Shown piece by piece: positions 61,801 through 64,000 of a stretch of 64,000 nt of DNA. The first letter of the stretch is position 1. Each line of letters starts with the position of its first letter. Where the stretch lies: assembly GCA_046582655.1 (NCBI GenBank), contig JAYGDX010000259.1, positions 24,343 through 88,342 of the forward strand, in the 5' to 3' direction. Below the pieces are notes generated by a model that had not been told where the DNA came from, searched no databases, and saw only the letters and a list, made by a program, of their open reading frames with translations. Source of the stretch: Candidatus Poribacteria bacterium (GTDB lineage Bacteria > Poribacteria > WGA-4E > UBA9662). The position numbers and the translations under genes were made by a program.

Positions 61801-63999
61801 ATCTTCTGGTACTGCAAAGACCGCATTGAAGGTTCCATTGGCATCAGTCTTAACCGTCATAGGAGTTGTTCGTAAAATAGCCCCACCGGCAATCCTTGCA
61901 GATATGATGTCATTTGCTTGGTAGCCAAGGCCGATTATAGCCACAGAATCACCTGGCCTAACTCCTGTAACAGGAACTACAACTTTAGGCACTATATCAA
62001 ACTCAGTTTGCAGGTTACCAACGGAGGTAAAACGTAGTGTTGCCTTACCACCAGAGATAGTTGGCACTAAGAAACTTGCCTTGATTCGGCCAATGGCGTC
62101 CGTTTTTATGCTGTTATTGGTTTCAACACGACCAACTGGTGCATTATTTTCGTCGATTTCGATCTTCAACTGATAATCTTGAACGGTTACTGTGTTTTCT
62201 GTTCCGTTAGGCAACTGAATTAATAAAAATCCAAGGTTGGTATTAGCAAGTGGCGCACCATTATCAGTAACCGCCAAGCCGATGACCGTTATGCGCTCAC
62301 CATTGTTAACTTGTGTCGGTTGCATCTCCAAACTGGCAGTCTGCATGTTGATTTTAACAAAACTGACTGTTCCCGTAGTCAAATTAGCAGCATCATTAAT
62401 CCGGATAAATGAATTAATTCGTCTCTCCGCATCAGGGGCAATAATGTACGGTCCAATTGGTATTGAAAATTCAAAGGAGAAAGTCCCCTCTGTGGCGGAT
62501 TGAACATTCAGATTTCTTAAAGTCATCAGACTCGTTTCGCTGTCACCAAACCGAACTGTTAGTTGTGAACTGGCGCTGAAACCATCTCCTTGAAGCGTAA
62601 CTTTTTGGCCGATATCGCCAATTGTTGGGCTAAAAGCTGTGATTTGCGGTTTAATAGTGAAGCGATCAAACTTACTTTTTTGGGAAGTCTTACCCTTAAC
62701 TAGGATCGATTTGGTTCCACCCATTTGCTTTAAAATGACGAAAGTCGCGACAAATTCTCCTTCCCTTGAGGCATTAGCAAAAATGGATTGACTGCCAAAA
62801 TCAATCCCTATCTCTTCATTCGGGCCGAAGTTAGTGCCACGAAGGGTGACAATATCTCCAATTTTTGCCTCTTTATCCGAACTGTCAAGATCGGTGGCAT
62901 CATCATTTCCATCAGAATTATCAGTGATTACTAAAGTTGGTTGGCCTGCTACAGGTTTAAGGGTAAAAGTATCAGACACTTCCTTAGTTGATGTTTGTCC
63001 AATGACATTGACCTCAATTAAGCCGTCAGCCTGATCGGCCGCAATGAAAGTCGTTTCAAATGTAGCTGTGGCGGAAGTATTCGCGGTAATGATTTGTTCT
63101 CCAAATTCAATACGCAACTGTTCATTAATGCCATATCCGCTGCCTGAGATTGTAACTGTATCGCCAAGGCTAGCAGTTTTATCGATACTTTCCGCGTCGG
63201 TATTGTCACCATTCCGGTCTGAGTTGTCTGTAATGGTGAAACTGGGTTCTCCCAGATCTGGAAGGATAGTAAAAGCCGTTGATTTACTTTTGCCTGAAGA
63301 GCTACCTGTAGCCGTGAGTGTTTTCAGCCCTTCATTCTGAGGACTGATGACAAACACCGTGACAAAACTTCCAGCACCAGTTGTCGGTGTAGTAGAAGAC
63401 TGGGTGCCAAGTTGAAGAGTCACCTGCTCATTAGCATCAAATCCCGCTCCTAAGGCAATAATGGCATCACCGACGCGTGCCTTTAGGTCGGTACTCCCCG
63501 CATCAGTTGGATCATTGTTTCCATCGGAATTGTCAGTGATAGTTAAAGTCACAGCGTCCGGAGCAGGCTGTCCCGTTGTTGGCGTGGATGGTTCTGTTGT
63601 TGGCGTCGATGGTTGCGTAACAGTTCCAGCAGCAATATAAAATAATCTTTCTACACCGCCACCAACCAGATCATCACCCAGAAACGAAGTTCCATCAACG
63701 TTACCGGCGCGAATCGTAATCGCATTTTGTGCTACTGAAGGTACGGCAAAGTTATAGAGGTTACTCCCCGAACTTCCAAAGCTACCGAATTCGCTGATGT
63801 CAATATTAGACAGGCCTCCAGGAACTTGTTGTCCAATTTGTATTTTGATATTTTTCCTAGGATTAAATCCTGTACCACTGATATTAATCACTTCTCCTGC
63901 TTTGCCCGTATTTTTATTGAAACTAAGTCGAGGGACGACTGTAAATTCGTTTGCCGTCTCGGCGATACCCGCACTGGAGGCGATCACACTGACTTTGCC
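58861..63999 (-). CDS. Giant secreted/surface protein with IPT/Ig-like repeats and a FlgD-Ig/T9SS-like C-terminal domain (5' end outside the window)
   Basis: Frame open to the window end; repeated G(D/E)xxxIxGxG(F/Y) Ig modules; LFANYPNPFNPETWIPYQL ... WDGRNDNGETVAGGLYFY. Confidence 0.85.
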   Translation of the reverse strand, partial: GKVSVIASSAGIAETANEFTVVPRLSFNKNTGKAGEVINISGTGFNPRKNIKIQIGQQVPGGLSNIDISEFGSFGSSGSNLYNFAVPSVAQNAITIRAGNVDGTSFLGDDLVGGGVERLFYIAAGTVTQPSTPTTEPSTPTTGQPAPDAVTLTITDNSDGNNDPTDAGSTDLKARVGDAIIALGAGFDANEQVTLQLGTQSSTTPTTGAGSFVTVFVISPQNEGLKTLTATGSSSGKSKSTAFTILPDLGEPSFTITDNSDRNGDNTDAESIDKTASLGDTVTISGSGYGINEQLRIEFGEQIITANTSATATFETTFIAADQADGLIEVNVIGQTSTKEVSDTFTLKPVAGQPTLVITDNSDGNDDATDLDSSDKEAKIGDIVTLRGTNFGPNEEIGIDFGSQSIFANASREGEFVATFVILKQMGGTKSILVKGKTSQKSKFDRFTIKPQITAFSPTIGDIGQKVTLQGDGFSASSQLTVRFGDSETSLMTLRNLNVQSATEGTFSFEFSIPIGPYIIAPDAERRINSFIRINDAANLTTGTVSFVKINMQTASLEMQPTQVNNGERITVIGLAVTDNGAPLANTNLGFLLIQLPNGTENTVTVQDYQLKIEIDENNAPVGRVETNNSIKTDAIGRIKASFLVPTISGGKATLRFTSVGNLQTEFDIVPKVVVPVTGVRPGDSVAIIGLGYQANDIISARIAGGAILRTTPMTVKTDANGTFNAVFAVPEDLPGGTFKIVVTDSANSDPNSTPTIQAELTILGSIDQPAANSQFKPGEPITLIGKGLGADETLSVTIGGVSMSLEDEVKSTATGNFELTITTPPLAQGRRVIRVDGQKSAAETEITIVPGDLIVNPSEGSVGTAILIEGSGYPAYASVQIDLGFSEDITYGNVDANGNLNAKYLIKKPLLPGDKTLSIQVGGKTYFRPFAYVLDNIGPAILTASHDGGDDVITGAEIGKSVTIKVIQRDAFDIAARGTYRIGGDAINPPLGEGELYNNGGHNDEQANDTIWAFQYEITSDQITKAEGLAAAVPITVILFDANGNTTETTTSTPIQIDTEAEILSITASVLQASDGKTKIIRETGTLNIGDTFKMLVVSEANASGTFEIRGITEKLPLSRGNFETQYVGAYMIRGGDLGVNAEISIEMTDVNGNVTSREAKAIITIESAPIFHRVIVSPLELQSGDRFTIEYTTNIQSRPMLFISDSVQDEPSYEPKWSELSLINISEIEPGADEIEKFGSDLTESRIRRYLAFARIPTQIKLSGRQHLIRIEVTDMQGKTTVKDLPVEFQRPPQFNLEVPAGVGMIHIPLSVELINGKETQIETVGDVYDALGGQTNVSLLITFDTEKRTWRSYLGDQSRNTSADKPVAEDTGIITVMKRRMVLPISGSELGNQGRSQIQLRRGLNLIGVPLQTSQVSVVSDLLKLPGMRNNATSIIVATDGEFKVVTQQGDDGDVQVTGGKSFIVAALDDGQAEIIGSAWTMSPVELEAIMTRSAKSLGASPSIQITNHTPVFSVNGQVKDQNEALFEEDLFITIHNRTTDTMLTSKSSDYQVTFVDILHQQAAQIGDFLEVSATVKSNHYRINPIEYQVTAADVTGSFAQLPNLIAYEIPRQTKLFANYPNPFNPETWIPYQLSSDGDISIQIHDVDGQLVRSVELGHHLAGIYAHRSKAAYWDGRNDNGETVAGGLYFYTLKIDDYYIQTRKMIIVK

Positions 64000-64000
64000 A

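Overview
Bacterial chromosomal window, genetic code 11. It is probably Candidatus Poribacteria or a similar lineage; this is inferred from two giant secreted proteins ending in a 'NYPNPFNP(E/D)TWIP' FlgD-Ig/T9SS-like tail (one with a dockerin) and from the PhyH, sulfatase and Gfo/Idh/MocA content. The intact housekeeping blocks are nadD-yacG-yqeK-rsfS-argS, a partial dcw cluster (murD-ftsW-murG-murC-ftsQ-ftsA-ftsZ), rpsB-tsf-frr-cdsA-dxr-rseP-udg-priA with an S2 leader RNA, glnA-glnB and dcd. Between them lie accessory catabolic and secreted-protein genes and at least eight decayed pseudogenes, several of which the ORF track misses: Rieske ferredoxin, TIR domain, WD40-protein tail, GH31, TonB-dependent receptor, Gfo/Idh/MocA, NanA/DHDPS-like and LOG. 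The most notable items are an amidohydrolase-fold putative dinuclear oxygenase with a Rieske partner, a collapsed tandem TIR/WD40 locus, and large modular secreted proteins. I saw no rRNA, tRNA, CRISPR array, transposase or integrase. All calls come from motif recognition; no database search was run.
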